Source: Candidatus Heimdallarchaeota archaeon
GTDB lineage: Archaea; Asgardarchaeota; Heimdallarchaeia; Heimdallarchaeales; Heimdallarchaeaceae
Direction of reading: 5' to 3'
DNA: 64,000 nt
Assembly: GCA_019057375.1 (NCBI GenBank)
Contig: DXJF01000112.1
Location: 15,932-79,931 of the forward strand
This document shows, piece after piece, positions 28,445 to 38,548 of this stretch (position 1 is its first letter; the number at the start of each line of letters is the position of its first letter). Position numbers and translations under genes: made by a program. A model generated the notes under the pieces. It searched no databases and had not been told where the DNA came from. It saw only the letters and a list, made by a program, of their open reading frames with translations.

Positions 28445-29767
28445 TCATATTACAATTGGGTAGAGACCGAAGAACACTAATCTTTGAATAATTAAAGTAA
28501 CGTATATTGCAACACCAACAGCAAGAATAGATGGTATTCGAGTTTTTGAAGGAGTTACTCTGTTTACACCTATACCTAAGAATAGTAAAAATCCATACAA
28601 GAATATGTTAAGAGGGATTCTGGCAAGCAATTGAAATTTTATTTCACGCTGTTCGACTCCAAAACTAGAACTAGTTGGGTTAAATCCAATTGCTTCTAAA
28701 TATTTTAAACCGCCGAAAATATAGCATATCATATATATGAAAACAGCAATAGATGCAATAAAAACTGCATTACGGTAGATTTTCAACCACTTCTTTTCTC
28801 CCAATAGCAGTGAATAAATGAGTGGAAAAACAAAAACCCATGTAAACCAGGCAAGAATCCCAATAAACATCTGATCTCCAATATCACTTGTTGCAAAGTT
28901 TGTAAAATCAAATTCTTCAGTTAAACCACCTACCAATCCTCCTGGAAAGAGAGGATAGACCGTTAGTTCTGAGAAGAAACCTCCCGCAAAAAGCATAAAA
29001 CTTACGTATACGAGAAAAGATGTTAGAATATTGATTAGGAAGTAATTAGGTAACAGTTCAGAGTAACTTGCTCTTGTTGGTCTAGTCAAATAATCTTTTG
29101 CAAATCTGAAAGTATCCTTTACATAAGTAAATTTGAAAAGCAAATAGACAGCTATTGCAGGAATAGCTATAACAGCTATAAGAAATAGGATATTAAGCGT
29201 CAATGCTGCAGGATTCGACAAAGAACCAAGTAAATCATCCCAGATGAAAGTTCTTATGTTGAAATCTGTCATCCCCTTAAACGGTGGGGATCCGAAAATT
29301 AGTAGAGAATACCAACACAAAGTTAATGCTACAAAAAATGTTGCTAAATAGTCTCTTATTCTGAATTTCCTTTTTTGAGTGTCCAAATACCATAGTTTTT
29401 TGTAAATTATTTCCGTAGCATCAGCTTCAAAATCAGTTAATACTAACCCATCTATTCTTACTTCACCATATTTTTCATAGAATCTTTTAGCAATCATATC
29501 TAGTAATTCTTTGGTGTCTTTTGTATCCATTCTTTTATCCACTGATATAACAAACAGTAAATCATTCTCCTCTTCTTGAAAAAGAATTCTTGAAGTTACC
29601 ATTTCAAATTCGGAAATCTTTTCTTTTTGTGTTTCTGTTGCCATTGAATAAATTGCGCTCATTAACCCGCCTGTTAGTGCAACATCAACAGCTTCATCTG
29701 TTTTTTCAAATTCTTGACTATAGAAAATTTGACCATAAGTTGTTAGAATAAGTAGATGTTTAATCAA
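28445..29767 (-). CDS. Longin-domain protein fused to about 7 TM helices
   Basis: TTG start; longin pattern LLILTTYGQIFYS...LTGGLMSAIYSM...LFVISVD...LLDMIAKRF; seven hydrophobic segments follow. Confidence 0.7.
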   Translation of the reverse strand: MIKHLLILTTYGQIFYSQEFEKTDEAVDVALTGGLMSAIYSMATETQKEKISEFEMVTSRILFQEEENDLLFVISVDKRMDTKDTKELLDMIAKRFYEKYGEVRIDGLVLTDFEADATEIIYKKLWYLDTQKRKFRIRDYLATFFVALTLCWYSLLIFGSPPFKGMTDFNIRTFIWDDLLGSLSNPAALTLNILFLIAVIAIPAIAVYLLFKFTYVKDTFRFAKDYLTRPTRASYSELLPNYFLINILTSFLVYVSFMLFAGGFFSELTVYPLFPGGLVGGLTEEFDFTNFATSDIGDQMFIGILAWFTWVFVFPLIYSLLLGEKKWLKIYRNAVFIASIAVFIYMICYIFGGLKYLEAIGFNPTSSSFGVEQREIKFQLLARIPLNIFLYGFLLFLGIGVNRVTPSKTRIPSILAVGVAIYVTLIIQRLVFFGLYPIVI

Positions 29768-29869
29768 GGTGGTATTCCCCTTTTCTTATAACTCATAATA
29801 GGACCCCCTCTCCTAAAAATATTACGGAAGTTTTCGGAAAAATAGAAAAAGGGAGGGTGATATATAGAA

Positions 29870-31123
29870 TTAGGTGCCCTCAAAGTAGGCATCCTTATAG
29901 GCTTCCTGTTCAGGAGTCAATTTATCTATTTTATATCCCATGAGTGACAGTTTTAGACCGGCTATTTCTCTATCTTGTTCATCTGGAATATCATATACTT
30001 TATTTTCGAGATTTTTACCTTCTTCTGCTAGATGAATTAAGCTTAATAATTGGTTAGCAAAAGACATGTCCATAACTTCAGAAGGATGACCTTCAGCAGC
30101 AGATAAGTTTACCAATCTTCCTTTTGCAAGAAGATACACTTTTCTTCCGTCTGACATTAGATATTCTTCATTATTTTTTCTTATTTCTCTTTTTGATGTG
30201 CTTAAATCTTCTAAATCTTGGATGTTTATTTCAGCATCATAATGTCCAGTATTGCATACAATTGCTCCTTCTTTCATGCTTTCAAAGTGTTTTTTTATAA
30301 TAACATCCTTCATCCCAGTTGCAGTAATAAATAAATCACCCAAACCTGCAGCTTCATCCATCTTCATGACTCTGAACCCATCCATTGCAGCCTTAAGAGC
30401 TTGTACTGGATCAACTTCAGTCACTACTACATCAGCTCCTAATCCAGATGCATTCTTAGCCAAACCTTTTCCACAGTGTCCATAACCAGCTATAACAACA
30501 ATTTTACCAGCAATTATGATGTTAGTTGATCTCAACACTCCATCTAATGTGGATTGACCAGTTCCATACACATTATCAAAATCACTTTTTGTTTCTGCAT
30601 CATTTACCGCAATTATTGGATATAAGAGTTTTTCAGCTCTGTCCATTGCTCTCAATCTATGAACACCAGTTGTTGTTTCTTCGGTTCCACCTATGATAGT
30701 TTCAGCTAGATCTGAAAATTCAGAATGTACTCGAAATATTAGATCAGCTCCATCATCTAAAGTTAAAGTAGGTTTGAATTCCAAAACCTTGTCTATTGCC
30801 CAATAGAATTCTTCATTGGACATTCCATACCAAGCAAATATGGAAATATCTTTAGCTGCTAAAGCAGCAGCAATATCGTCTTTTGTAGATAATGGATTAC
30901 ACCCACTCCAAGAAACCTCCGCTCCTACTGCAATCAATGTTTCAACTAAAACTGCTGTTTCTTTTGTTACGTGAAGACATCCAGCTATTTTCATACCTTC
31001 TAATGGTTTTGTTTCTGCAAACTTCCTTCTTAATTCCATAAGAACAGGCATCCTAGACTCTGCCCAGTCAATATTCTTTCGACCCTCTTCAGCTAGATTT
31101 ATGTCATTAATTTTGTATTCCAT
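29870..31123 (-). CDS. ahcY: Adenosylhomocysteinase
   Basis: GCLHVTKET, GCNPLST, EETTTG, KSDFDNVYGTG, GHPSEVMDMSF motifs. Confidence 0.97.
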   Translation of the reverse strand: MEYKINDINLAEEGRKNIDWAESRMPVLMELRRKFAETKPLEGMKIAGCLHVTKETAVLVETLIAVGAEVSWSGCNPLSTKDDIAAALAAKDISIFAWYGMSNEEFYWAIDKVLEFKPTLTLDDGADLIFRVHSEFSDLAETIIGGTEETTTGVHRLRAMDRAEKLLYPIIAVNDAETKSDFDNVYGTGQSTLDGVLRSTNIIIAGKIVVIAGYGHCGKGLAKNASGLGADVVVTEVDPVQALKAAMDGFRVMKMDEAAGLGDLFITATGMKDVIIKKHFESMKEGAIVCNTGHYDAEINIQDLEDLSTSKREIRKNNEEYLMSDGRKVYLLAKGRLVNLSAAEGHPSEVMDMSFANQLLSLIHLAEEGKNLENKVYDIPDEQDREIAGLKLSLMGYKIDKLTPEQEAYKDAYFEGT

Positions 31124-31215
31124 GTATCTCCCATCTTCTTCAATTTTAAAAATATGTCGAGATAAGATTTTTTGAAAAACACAAGATTAATCAATCTTGA
31201 AAAAAAACTGATAAT

Positions 31216-31935
31216 ATGGTGGAATTTACTACACCCTTGATTATTGCTCATAGAGGTGCTTCTATAGAAGAACATGAGAATTCCATTAAAGCTTTTGAAT
31301 TAGCTGTTAAACAAAAAGCCGATATGATAGAGTTGGATGCTCATTTGACTAGGGATGGTTATTTTGTTGTTTTTCATAATGACACAATTCCCTATAAAGA
31401 TCAAAATATAGTAATAGCTGAATCAAATCTTGAAACTATTCAAAAATTCAAACTTCCAAATGGTGATCCTGTTCCTCTATTAGAAGATGTTCTTAAGCAA
31501 TTTCTCTCGAAAATTAAATTTAATATAGAATTAAAATGTGATGTGACGAAGGAGCAATTCGATTCTCTTTTAAATGAAGTAGGTGGAGACAATTCCCAAA
31601 TTCTTGTAAGTTCATTTCTTCATGAACCAATTGTAAATCTAAGAGAAAAAACTCTAGGTTATGAACTGGCTTATCTCTATATCTTCCCTATGTATCAGAA
31701 CAAAAGTGTAGCTCTCAATGATTTTATTGATGCTATGAATCCTTTCTACAGATTTCTGACTAAGAAAACTGTGAATTTTTTTCATAAGCAAGGTAAGAAA
31801 GTTTATCCTTGGACAATTAATGATGAGAAAAAAATTAGAAAATTAATTAGAAGAAATGTGGATGGAATAATTACTGATCTCCCCAAACAAACAAGAGAAA
31901 TAATATCTTTAGAGCTTGAGAAACTAAATGGTTAA
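31216..31935 (+). CDS. Glycerophosphodiester phosphodiesterase
   Basis: IIAHRGAS, IELDAHLTRDG, NIELK, WTIN, DGIITD motifs. Confidence 0.9.
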   Translation: MVEFTTPLIIAHRGASIEEHENSIKAFELAVKQKADMIELDAHLTRDGYFVVFHNDTIPYKDQNIVIAESNLETIQKFKLPNGDPVPLLEDVLKQFLSKIKFNIELKCDVTKEQFDSLLNEVGGDNSQILVSSFLHEPIVNLREKTLGYELAYLYIFPMYQNKSVALNDFIDAMNPFYRFLTKKTVNFFHKQGKKVYPWTINDEKKIRKLIRRNVDGIITDLPKQTREIISLELEKLNG

Positions 31936-32666
31936 TAGTATTTTACTAAAGAGAATGAATATTCTTGCCATTCTGCTATTTGATTAACCTTTTCAAGAAG
32001 TTCCTCTTCTTTGTTTTTCTCTACGCTAAAGATCATACTTACAATCTCAGGTGAATAACCTGATTCAAGTATTTTCTTGTAATCTGTAGGTTCTTCGATT
32101 ATTTCCAATTTATAGGCTCCTTCCTTAGAAATCATTAACTCTATGATATCAGGTTTAATCCCTTCTTGGATTTTATTATAAATTTTAACAAATTCAGTTC
32201 TTTTCTCTAATTCTTTGCTTACTCTGAGAATAGCAACATTGAACAATCCTTCATTGACTAGAACAGGAATTAACCAGAAAGATTGGCTTGGAATAGTTAA
32301 TTCTGCAATAGAACAGTCATTTTTCTTTATTTCCTCATCTAAATCTTGTACCAATTCTTTAGCTCGTTCCTCAGTTTGTTCCTCAGGAAGTAAAACAATT
32401 TCATCGATTGCAAAGATGTTTATCTCAGTTTTTTTTCCACTAACTTCTTCTTCATCTTCTTCCTCAACTTCTTTTTCTTTTAACCAGATTAGATAACCAG
32501 TAAACTTCTCCCCCGATTTTATTAGACTGATTTTAGCATTTTTATCTTCTAGAGTAGAATCAACAAACATTTCTGTTGTGATTTCATTACCGTAGAGCGA
32601 TTTTACTAGTTTTTCTAGCTCCTGGGAGGTTTTGGGATTTTTAACTTCTGTAAACATCTCTGACAC
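31932..32666 (-). CDS. Hypothetical protein, possibly a degenerate GNAT-like fold
   Basis: 244-aa acidic ORF; strand/helix order is GNAT-like but the acetyl-CoA motif is absent. Confidence 0.4.
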   Translation of the reverse strand: MSEMFTEVKNPKTSQELEKLVKSLYGNEITTEMFVDSTLEDKNAKISLIKSGEKFTGYLIWLKEKEVEEEDEEEVSGKKTEINIFAIDEIVLLPEEQTEERAKELVQDLDEEIKKNDCSIAELTIPSQSFWLIPVLVNEGLFNVAILRVSKELEKRTEFVKIYNKIQEGIKPDIIELMISKEGAYKLEIIEEPTDYKKILESGYSPEIVSMIFSVEKNKEEELLEKVNQIAEWQEYSFSLVKYY

Positions 32667-32755
32667 GGTATGAGCTATATCTAAATAAAACTATTCTTTT
32701 TAACGATGTTACTAATAACTGAAAAATACAAGAAAAATAAAAAGAAGGAAAAAAT

Positions 32756-33163
32756 TTATGCTGTGTGCGAAAATGTTTTTGATACTTCAGCAAACTCTAA
32801 TGTAATATCATAACTGGTTCCAACGTTAAATGCTCCAACTATGTAAACCATATCGGTACCTTCTGCGGCTATCACTACGTAAATCATACTACTTCCTGTT
32901 GGCGTGTCAAGAAGTTGTACTCCTGTTAAACCAGTGACAGTTACACTCGTGATATTAAGTGATCCACCTACGGCATCCACTTTAACTTCTATAGCTCTGT
33001 CTCCACCACCAACATCACTTGACCCTGGTGTGATAATGAGCGTTGCTTCGCTTTTAGGTTGTAACATCGGAATTACTACTAGAAACACTATAGCTGCTGC
33101 TGCTGTAACCAATGCAATCAGCAAAACTGTTGCGATTACTGGAGATACTCCTCGTTTCTTCAT
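32756..33163 (-). CDS. Archaeal type IV pilin-like protein
   Basis: Class III signal MKKRG|VSPVIATVLLIAL followed by a beta-rich domain. Confidence 0.85.
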   Translation of the reverse strand: MKKRGVSPVIATVLLIALVTAAAAIVFLVVIPMLQPKSEATLIITPGSSDVGGGDRAIEVKVDAVGGSLNITSVTVTGLTGVQLLDTPTGSSMIYVVIAAEGTDMVYIVGAFNVGTSYDITLEFAEVSKTFSHTA

Positions 33164-33320
33164 TTTTTAATTCACCCTTGATTATTATTAATCAAATCAA
33201 AATACCCAAATATTACTTAAAAAAGTAGCGATAGTCTTAACGCACTAGAATTATTTTTTAGTAGTATTACTCAATTTTGCAGATTAACAATTATTTATAT
33301 TGGAGTATGTCCTTTGTTAA

Positions 33321-34025
33321 ATGGAACAAATGGATACTATCACTAATATCATATTCAGGTCATTGACCACAATATATGAAGGAACGATTAGTGGTAGCGA
33401 TTTGCATCCAAACATATATTTTCTCGAAAATAACAAACAGAATACATACTATGGTTTCAATCTTCAAGATGTTATTCCAACAAGATTAATTACGCGTATT
33501 TATGAAGAAGGAAAACACATCATTACAGATTTACTCTGGTTGGTAGATGACTCAAAAATAACTGGAAAAGGGCATATATCTTTTACAGAAAAATCTAACA
33601 AAATTTCTGTAGAAGGAGAACCAAAAGAATATATTAAACTATTTGAGAAAGATGCAACCGTAACTGCATGTTATGGAGATCTCCTCACACTACCTAATTA
33701 TCTAGACCTGGTTCTAACTGGATCTAGAGACTGGTCTCCAGCTAAAATACAATCTACAACTAAATTAAACATACCAAACATTCCCACAAACTTGTACAGT
33801 TTCTCAAGAACCATCTTAGAAGCAAAAAAAGTTAAAGATGAAGATTATCAAGAACTTGTACTAGATAGCTACTTAGCTCTAATTGATTTGGTACACAGGT
33901 CACTTGAATTACTTTCTAAATATACTCAGAAGGAGAACGGAGAGATCATTTTTTGTGTTAGATGTGGTCAAGAGCTTCCTTCAAACTCATTCTACTGTCC
34001 AATATGTGGAAGTAAACAAAATTAG
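33321..34025 (+). CDS. Hypothetical protein with C-terminal zinc ribbon
   Basis: CVRCG-x7-FYCPICG at the C-terminus. Confidence 0.55.
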   Translation: MEQMDTITNIIFRSLTTIYEGTISGSDLHPNIYFLENNKQNTYYGFNLQDVIPTRLITRIYEEGKHIITDLLWLVDDSKITGKGHISFTEKSNKISVEGEPKEYIKLFEKDATVTACYGDLLTLPNYLDLVLTGSRDWSPAKIQSTTKLNIPNIPTNLYSFSRTILEAKKVKDEDYQELVLDSYLALIDLVHRSLELLSKYTQKENGEIIFCVRCGQELPSNSFYCPICGSKQN

Positions 34026-34037
34026 TTTCAATAAAAA

Positions 34038-34391
34038 TTAAGTGTGATAAAGTATTTCTGCTCGTTCGATTAGTTCTAAGGTATCGGTTTGATTTGCTAA
34101 ATCTCTTGCATTTGGGGAGAAATTATTAGCTATTATGAACCCACCACTCAGATTCGATCTTTGAACTAAACGTTCAATATGAATAATTTTATCTGTTCCG
34201 ACACTTCTTTTCCAGTCTAAAACCCAAACACCTACTAGTAATTCTTTTATTATTATCAGAAAATCTATTGCATGTTTGGATGGTCCTGTAACAACTGATA
34301 AATCGTGAGAAAGTGTTCCGAAACTTTTTAGATATTCAAGTGACAGTTCAATCAGCGGTTTACTTCGGTCGTAATTCATTGACCACAGCAT
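34038..34391 (-). CDS. Small Mrr-like PD-(D/E)xK fold protein, degenerate
   Basis: IDFL...SVG...GGFIIANNFSPNARDLA resembles the Mrr_cat tail; canonical ExK is replaced by LDW. Confidence 0.5.
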   Translation of the reverse strand: MLWSMNYDRSKPLIELSLEYLKSFGTLSHDLSVVTGPSKHAIDFLIIIKELLVGVWVLDWKRSVGTDKIIHIERLVQRSNLSGGFIIANNFSPNARDLANQTDTLELIERAEILYHT

Positions 34392-34434
34392 TCTAATGTC
34401 TATTAAAATATTTGTATGAAAATCCTCTTCTTAA

Positions 34435-34743
34435 TTAGATTTCAATTTCGAGATTTTTGTCGTTACATTGGATAATCCATTTGCCTTTTGTTTTAAGGGT
34501 TAAAGAAATACTTTTTCTGAAATTCTTAACAACTTGTGCTGCCATAAGATTAGGGTATCTTTTTCCATAAATTTTGATTGACACTACTTGTTTTGTTTCA
34601 TCTATTGAAACTTGTTCTCTAAACATTTCCCATGCTGGATCTGGTAGATACCCCTCAATTTCTATATAAAATTTAATACCTACTTCTGGTGGAGTATGGA
34701 TCAACATCCTTGTGATTGGAACAAGTCTCTGACTCTGCTTCAT
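34435..34743 (-). CDS. Hypothetical beta-rich protein
   Basis: 102-aa ORF filling an intergenic slot; GYLPDPAW and AAQVV motifs. Confidence 0.5.
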   Translation of the reverse strand: MKQSQRLVPITRMLIHTPPEVGIKFYIEIEGYLPDPAWEMFREQVSIDETKQVVSIKIYGKRYPNLMAAQVVKNFRKSISLTLKTKGKWIIQCNDKNLEIEI

Positions 34744-34837
34744 CAGTTCTTACCTTGTAAACTAATTAATAAACCTTGAGAACAGATAAAGAATTCAAAA
34801 GCAAATTTTTATAATATCCTTTGAATCAATAAACATA

Positions 34838-36028
34838 ATGTCTTCCTCTGATGATAAAACCCTAAAGGAAAAGATAAGTACATTTGTTAAAAAGTTTATC
34901 AGTGATATTGATGCCAAAGAAGTAGCTATTCTCATCATATTTGGTTTGATAATTTTCATGGTTTTCAAAATGATGTTGGGAGGAATTTTTGGCTTATCTT
35001 TAGTTGTTATAGAAAATCCTTCCCCAACAAGCATGTGGCCTACTTACGATCAAGGTGATATGTTTCTTATTTACAAGTGCTCTCCAGAGAAAATTGAGCT
35101 TGGTGACGTAATTGTTTATGTTTCAGATACCTCAAGGAATAGAGGAATTCTGATTATTCATCGTGTGGTTAATATAACTAAAGAAGACAAAGGGAATGGA
35201 TTAGAGTACTTTTTCAGGGTTAGCGGGGATAATCCTAACTCAAATACTTATGTTGATAGTTACGACGGAACAACAACACTTATTCCTTATGAAGCAGTTG
35301 TAGGAAAAACAGTGCTTCTAATAAGAAAAATTGGTTATCTTAGATTGTGGCTAGCTGATAACGCTGTTGTTAGGTATATTCTTCTAGCAGCTGTCATTCT
35401 AATAGGTGCCTATCTGATTTTATCTCCTGATAAGAAAAAGGAAGAAAAAGAGGTTGCTTCAGAGAAATTTGATGAAATGCAAAAGAAAGAGAAGAAAGAA
35501 TTCAAAGTTAGAATCAAGGAATATTTCGTTACTAAATGGAAGAACACAAAGAAATGGTTTATAGAGTTATTTATAGTTAAAAAACAAAGAATAAAACTAA
35601 TTATCTTCTGTTCAATTATCTTATCATTGGTGATCTTTATACCCGTTATTGACAATTCAATCAGAACTCAGGGAATAACAACTGGAATTGATGATATTAC
35701 CATCCTTTCCCCTGATTACTATCCTTTGGAAGATATGGTTTATGTTCCATTTACAATCTATTTCAAACATGATGGCTCATGGAATCAAGTACTCAAATGT
35801 TTTACAACTGAGGGTATTCAAAATGGAACTGTTTTAGCTACATCAGCTTGGTGGTCACATTACCAAGTTGAAGGAGATAGAACGTTAGGTGGTTCCTTAG
35901 TGTTTGTGGAAAGTGAATTCAACGGTAGTCTTGCTTTGACAATAAAGATAACCTATACAATAAAACATAGGTTTGGATCTGATCTTGTCGATTTAGAATA
36001 TGAAGAAACCTTTCCTCCTCCAATCTAA
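34838..36028 (+). CDS. Signal peptidase I (Sec11/S26 type) with C-terminal extension
   Basis: PTSMWPT..QGD (Ser), GDVIVY, IIHRV (His), GDN, VVGK motifs; two further TMs and a soluble tail. Confidence 0.85.
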   Translation: MSSSDDKTLKEKISTFVKKFISDIDAKEVAILIIFGLIIFMVFKMMLGGIFGLSLVVIENPSPTSMWPTYDQGDMFLIYKCSPEKIELGDVIVYVSDTSRNRGILIIHRVVNITKEDKGNGLEYFFRVSGDNPNSNTYVDSYDGTTTLIPYEAVVGKTVLLIRKIGYLRLWLADNAVVRYILLAAVILIGAYLILSPDKKKEEKEVASEKFDEMQKKEKKEFKVRIKEYFVTKWKNTKKWFIELFIVKKQRIKLIIFCSIILSLVIFIPVIDNSIRTQGITTGIDDITILSPDYYPLEDMVYVPFTIYFKHDGSWNQVLKCFTTEGIQNGTVLATSAWWSHYQVEGDRTLGGSLVFVESEFNGSLALTIKITYTIKHRFGSDLVDLEYEETFPPPI

Positions 36029-36053
36029 TGAAAAAAATAGAAGTAAATGAGAA

Positions 36054-36920
36054 TCATAGATTCTCTTTTATTCGTATTGGTATTTCACTTGAAGTTCTTA
36101 CTGTAGTAATTCCAGCTTCGCTTAAGATACGCATTTTTTCTTTAGCTGTTCCTGATTTTCCATGAACTATAGCACCAGCATGCCCCATCTGTTTACCTGG
36201 GGGAGCAGTCTGCCCAGCTATAAATGCATATACAGGTTTGGTTATCTCCTTTTTGACTAAATCTGCTGCTTGTTGTTCTCCTGTTCCTCCTATTTCCCCA
36301 ACAAGTATGATCTGATTGGTTTGAGGATCGTTTTCAAACAATGTCAAACATTCATTAAAACCAATACCTTTTATTGGATCTCCACCTAAACCTACACAAG
36401 TTGATTGACCAAAACCATTAACGGTTAAATTTTGTATAATCTCGTATGTGAGAGTACCACTCCTGCTCACAATACCAACATTTCCTTTAGTGCAGATTTT
36501 TCCAGGGATGATACCAATTTTGCTTGCTTCTGGGGTAATTAATCCTGGGCAATTTGGTCCTACCATTACTACATCATTATCTAGCGCCTTTTGCCTTATT
36601 CTTGCTGAATCTTGAACGGGAACTCCTTCAGTTATAACTGTAAGTAGATTTATTCCAGCATCTATTGCTTCCATTGCAGCAGAATAAGTAAATCTTGCAG
36701 GAATGAAAATTACAGAAGCAGTTGCCTGTGTTGCTTCAACAGCTTCTTTCATACTGTCAAAAACTGGCACACCTAAATGCTCTTGCCCTCCTTTACCTGG
36801 AGTAACACCTGCTACAACTTTGGTACCATAACCAATCATGGATTTTGCATGGAATGTTCCTTGTTTTCCAGTAATCCCTTGCACAATAACCTTAGTATTT
36901 TCATCTAACAGAATTGCCAT
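36054..36920 (-). CDS. sucD: Succinyl-CoA synthetase alpha subunit
   Basis: QGITGKQG, GVTPGKGG, GPNCPG, SRSGTLTYE, MGHAGA motifs. Confidence 0.96.
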   Translation of the reverse strand: MAILLDENTKVIVQGITGKQGTFHAKSMIGYGTKVVAGVTPGKGGQEHLGVPVFDSMKEAVEATQATASVIFIPARFTYSAAMEAIDAGINLLTVITEGVPVQDSARIRQKALDNDVVMVGPNCPGLITPEASKIGIIPGKICTKGNVGIVSRSGTLTYEIIQNLTVNGFGQSTCVGLGGDPIKGIGFNECLTLFENDPQTNQIILVGEIGGTGEQQAADLVKKEITKPVYAFIAGQTAPPGKQMGHAGAIVHGKSGTAKEKMRILSEAGITTVRTSSEIPIRIKENL

Positions 36921-36921
36921 T

Positions 36922-38064
36922 TTAATTTCCTCCTTTAACAAGCTCTATAATTTTTCTTGCAGCGGGTTCCATCTCACCATATGCTTTTATTCCATTTTCC
37001 TCCAAAATACTAATACCTTCTTTATCATTGGTTCCAACTAATCTAATTACTATTGGAACTTCTATCTCAAATTTCTTTGAAGCATTAATGATTCCTTGAG
37101 CTACATCATCACATCTAGTGATTCCTGCAAAGAAGTTTACGAAAATCCCCTTGATATTTTGCCTTGAAAGAATTTCTAAAGATTTCTCAATTTTTGTTTC
37201 ATCAGCTCCTCCTCCTACATCTAGGAAATTAGCAGGAGAACTACCAAAGAATTCTAGCAAATCACAGGTTGCCATTGAAAGACCTGCACCTCCAGCGATA
37301 ATCCCAATCTCTCCATCAAGTTGAACATAGCTTATACCTGCTTGATCTGCTTCAAACTCTAACTCTGTGTGTCTATCTCTTTGAGATTTTAAAGATGCAA
37401 TATTTGCTTGTCTAAAATCTGAATTGCCATCTATTACCACTTTAGAATCTGCTGCAATTATTTTCCTATCAGGTGTCAATATTAATGGGTTGATCTCAAC
37501 CAGAGTAAGGTCTCTTTGCTTAGCCATGTTGACCATGTTTGTCATTATGTTGGTAAAAGAAGTTAGTGTTTTTGCTTCAAAACCAAGGTTCTTACCTAGA
37601 TCTATGAACATATATGAAAAAGGATCATCCCAAATCGAAAGATATTCCTTGAAAATATCATCTGGATAGTGTTCGGCAACTTCTTCAATATCTACTCCTC
37701 CACGAGAACTAGCGATAATTAGATACTTTCCAGATTCGTTGTCCAACATAACAGCAAGATAATATTCTTTTTCGATTTCCAAAGGCTCCTCCAACATAAC
37801 TATTTCAACAGGTTTACCTCTGTGGTCTCTGCCTAAGATACTCTGAATGTATTCCTCAGCTTCAGCACTAGAGACTTTTTTTATCAATCCCGCTTTGCCT
37901 CTTCCCCCTGAAAGAGCTTGTGCTTTAGCCATCATTACATCACTACCAATTTCCTCAACAAACTGACTAATACTGCTGGAATCAGTATATGCTCTGAATC
38001 GAGGAACTGGTATTTTGTTTTCTTTAAAAAGTTGTTTTCCTTCAATTTCATAAAGCATTGGCAT
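36922..38064 (-). CDS. sucC: Succinyl-CoA synthetase beta subunit
   Basis: LYEIEGK, KAQALSGGRGKAG, EINPL, GAGLSMAT, PANFLDVGG, GITRCD motifs. Confidence 0.96.
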   Translation of the reverse strand: MPMLYEIEGKQLFKENKIPVPRFRAYTDSSSISQFVEEIGSDVMMAKAQALSGGRGKAGLIKKVSSAEAEEYIQSILGRDHRGKPVEIVMLEEPLEIEKEYYLAVMLDNESGKYLIIASSRGGVDIEEVAEHYPDDIFKEYLSIWDDPFSYMFIDLGKNLGFEAKTLTSFTNIMTNMVNMAKQRDLTLVEINPLILTPDRKIIAADSKVVIDGNSDFRQANIASLKSQRDRHTELEFEADQAGISYVQLDGEIGIIAGGAGLSMATCDLLEFFGSSPANFLDVGGGADETKIEKSLEILSRQNIKGIFVNFFAGITRCDDVAQGIINASKKFEIEVPIVIRLVGTNDKEGISILEENGIKAYGEMEPAARKIIELVKGGN

Positions 38065-38174
38065 ATTGTTGAAAACTGGCATCAATGTCTTTTTAAGGTC
38101 TTTGAAGTGAGCTCAAAAGCTACTAGAATAAACGAGATAAGAATTTTAAATGAGATTTAAAAGAAGAGTTTAGA

Positions 38175-38486
38175 TTATTTTACCATCTCTACTCTTTTGG
38201 TTCGGGGATATGAAAGTACCCATTTCTTCCCACAATCTGGACAGCTTAATCGCAAATCAACTTTCTTTGAAGTTTTAGAAGCCATTTTTGTTTGAGTGAC
38301 AGGTCTCTTGCTGTATTTACCGAGATTACCATATCCTCTCCTTCTAATCTTTTCTTTCCTTGCAGTCGCTGACATGCCTGATTTTCTTCTGGCAGTTTTT
38401 TCTTGTTTAACTTTCATAGTCTTGTGTGTGCCGCATTTTGGGCAATATTTGAACATTGTTTCAGGTATCTTAACCATATCAGTCAC
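38175..38486 (-). CDS. rpl44e: 50S ribosomal protein L44e (eL42)
   Basis: YCPKCGTH...KTSKKVDLRLSCPDCGK. Confidence 0.93.
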   Translation of the reverse strand: MTDMVKIPETMFKYCPKCGTHKTMKVKQEKTARRKSGMSATARKEKIRRRGYGNLGKYSKRPVTQTKMASKTSKKVDLRLSCPDCGKKWVLSYPRTKRVEMVK

Positions 38487-38548
38487 TCACCTTATTGCTT
38501 AGACATATCTTTTTATTTGTTTCCTTTTTTGAGAAGCATTGGTTTTTG

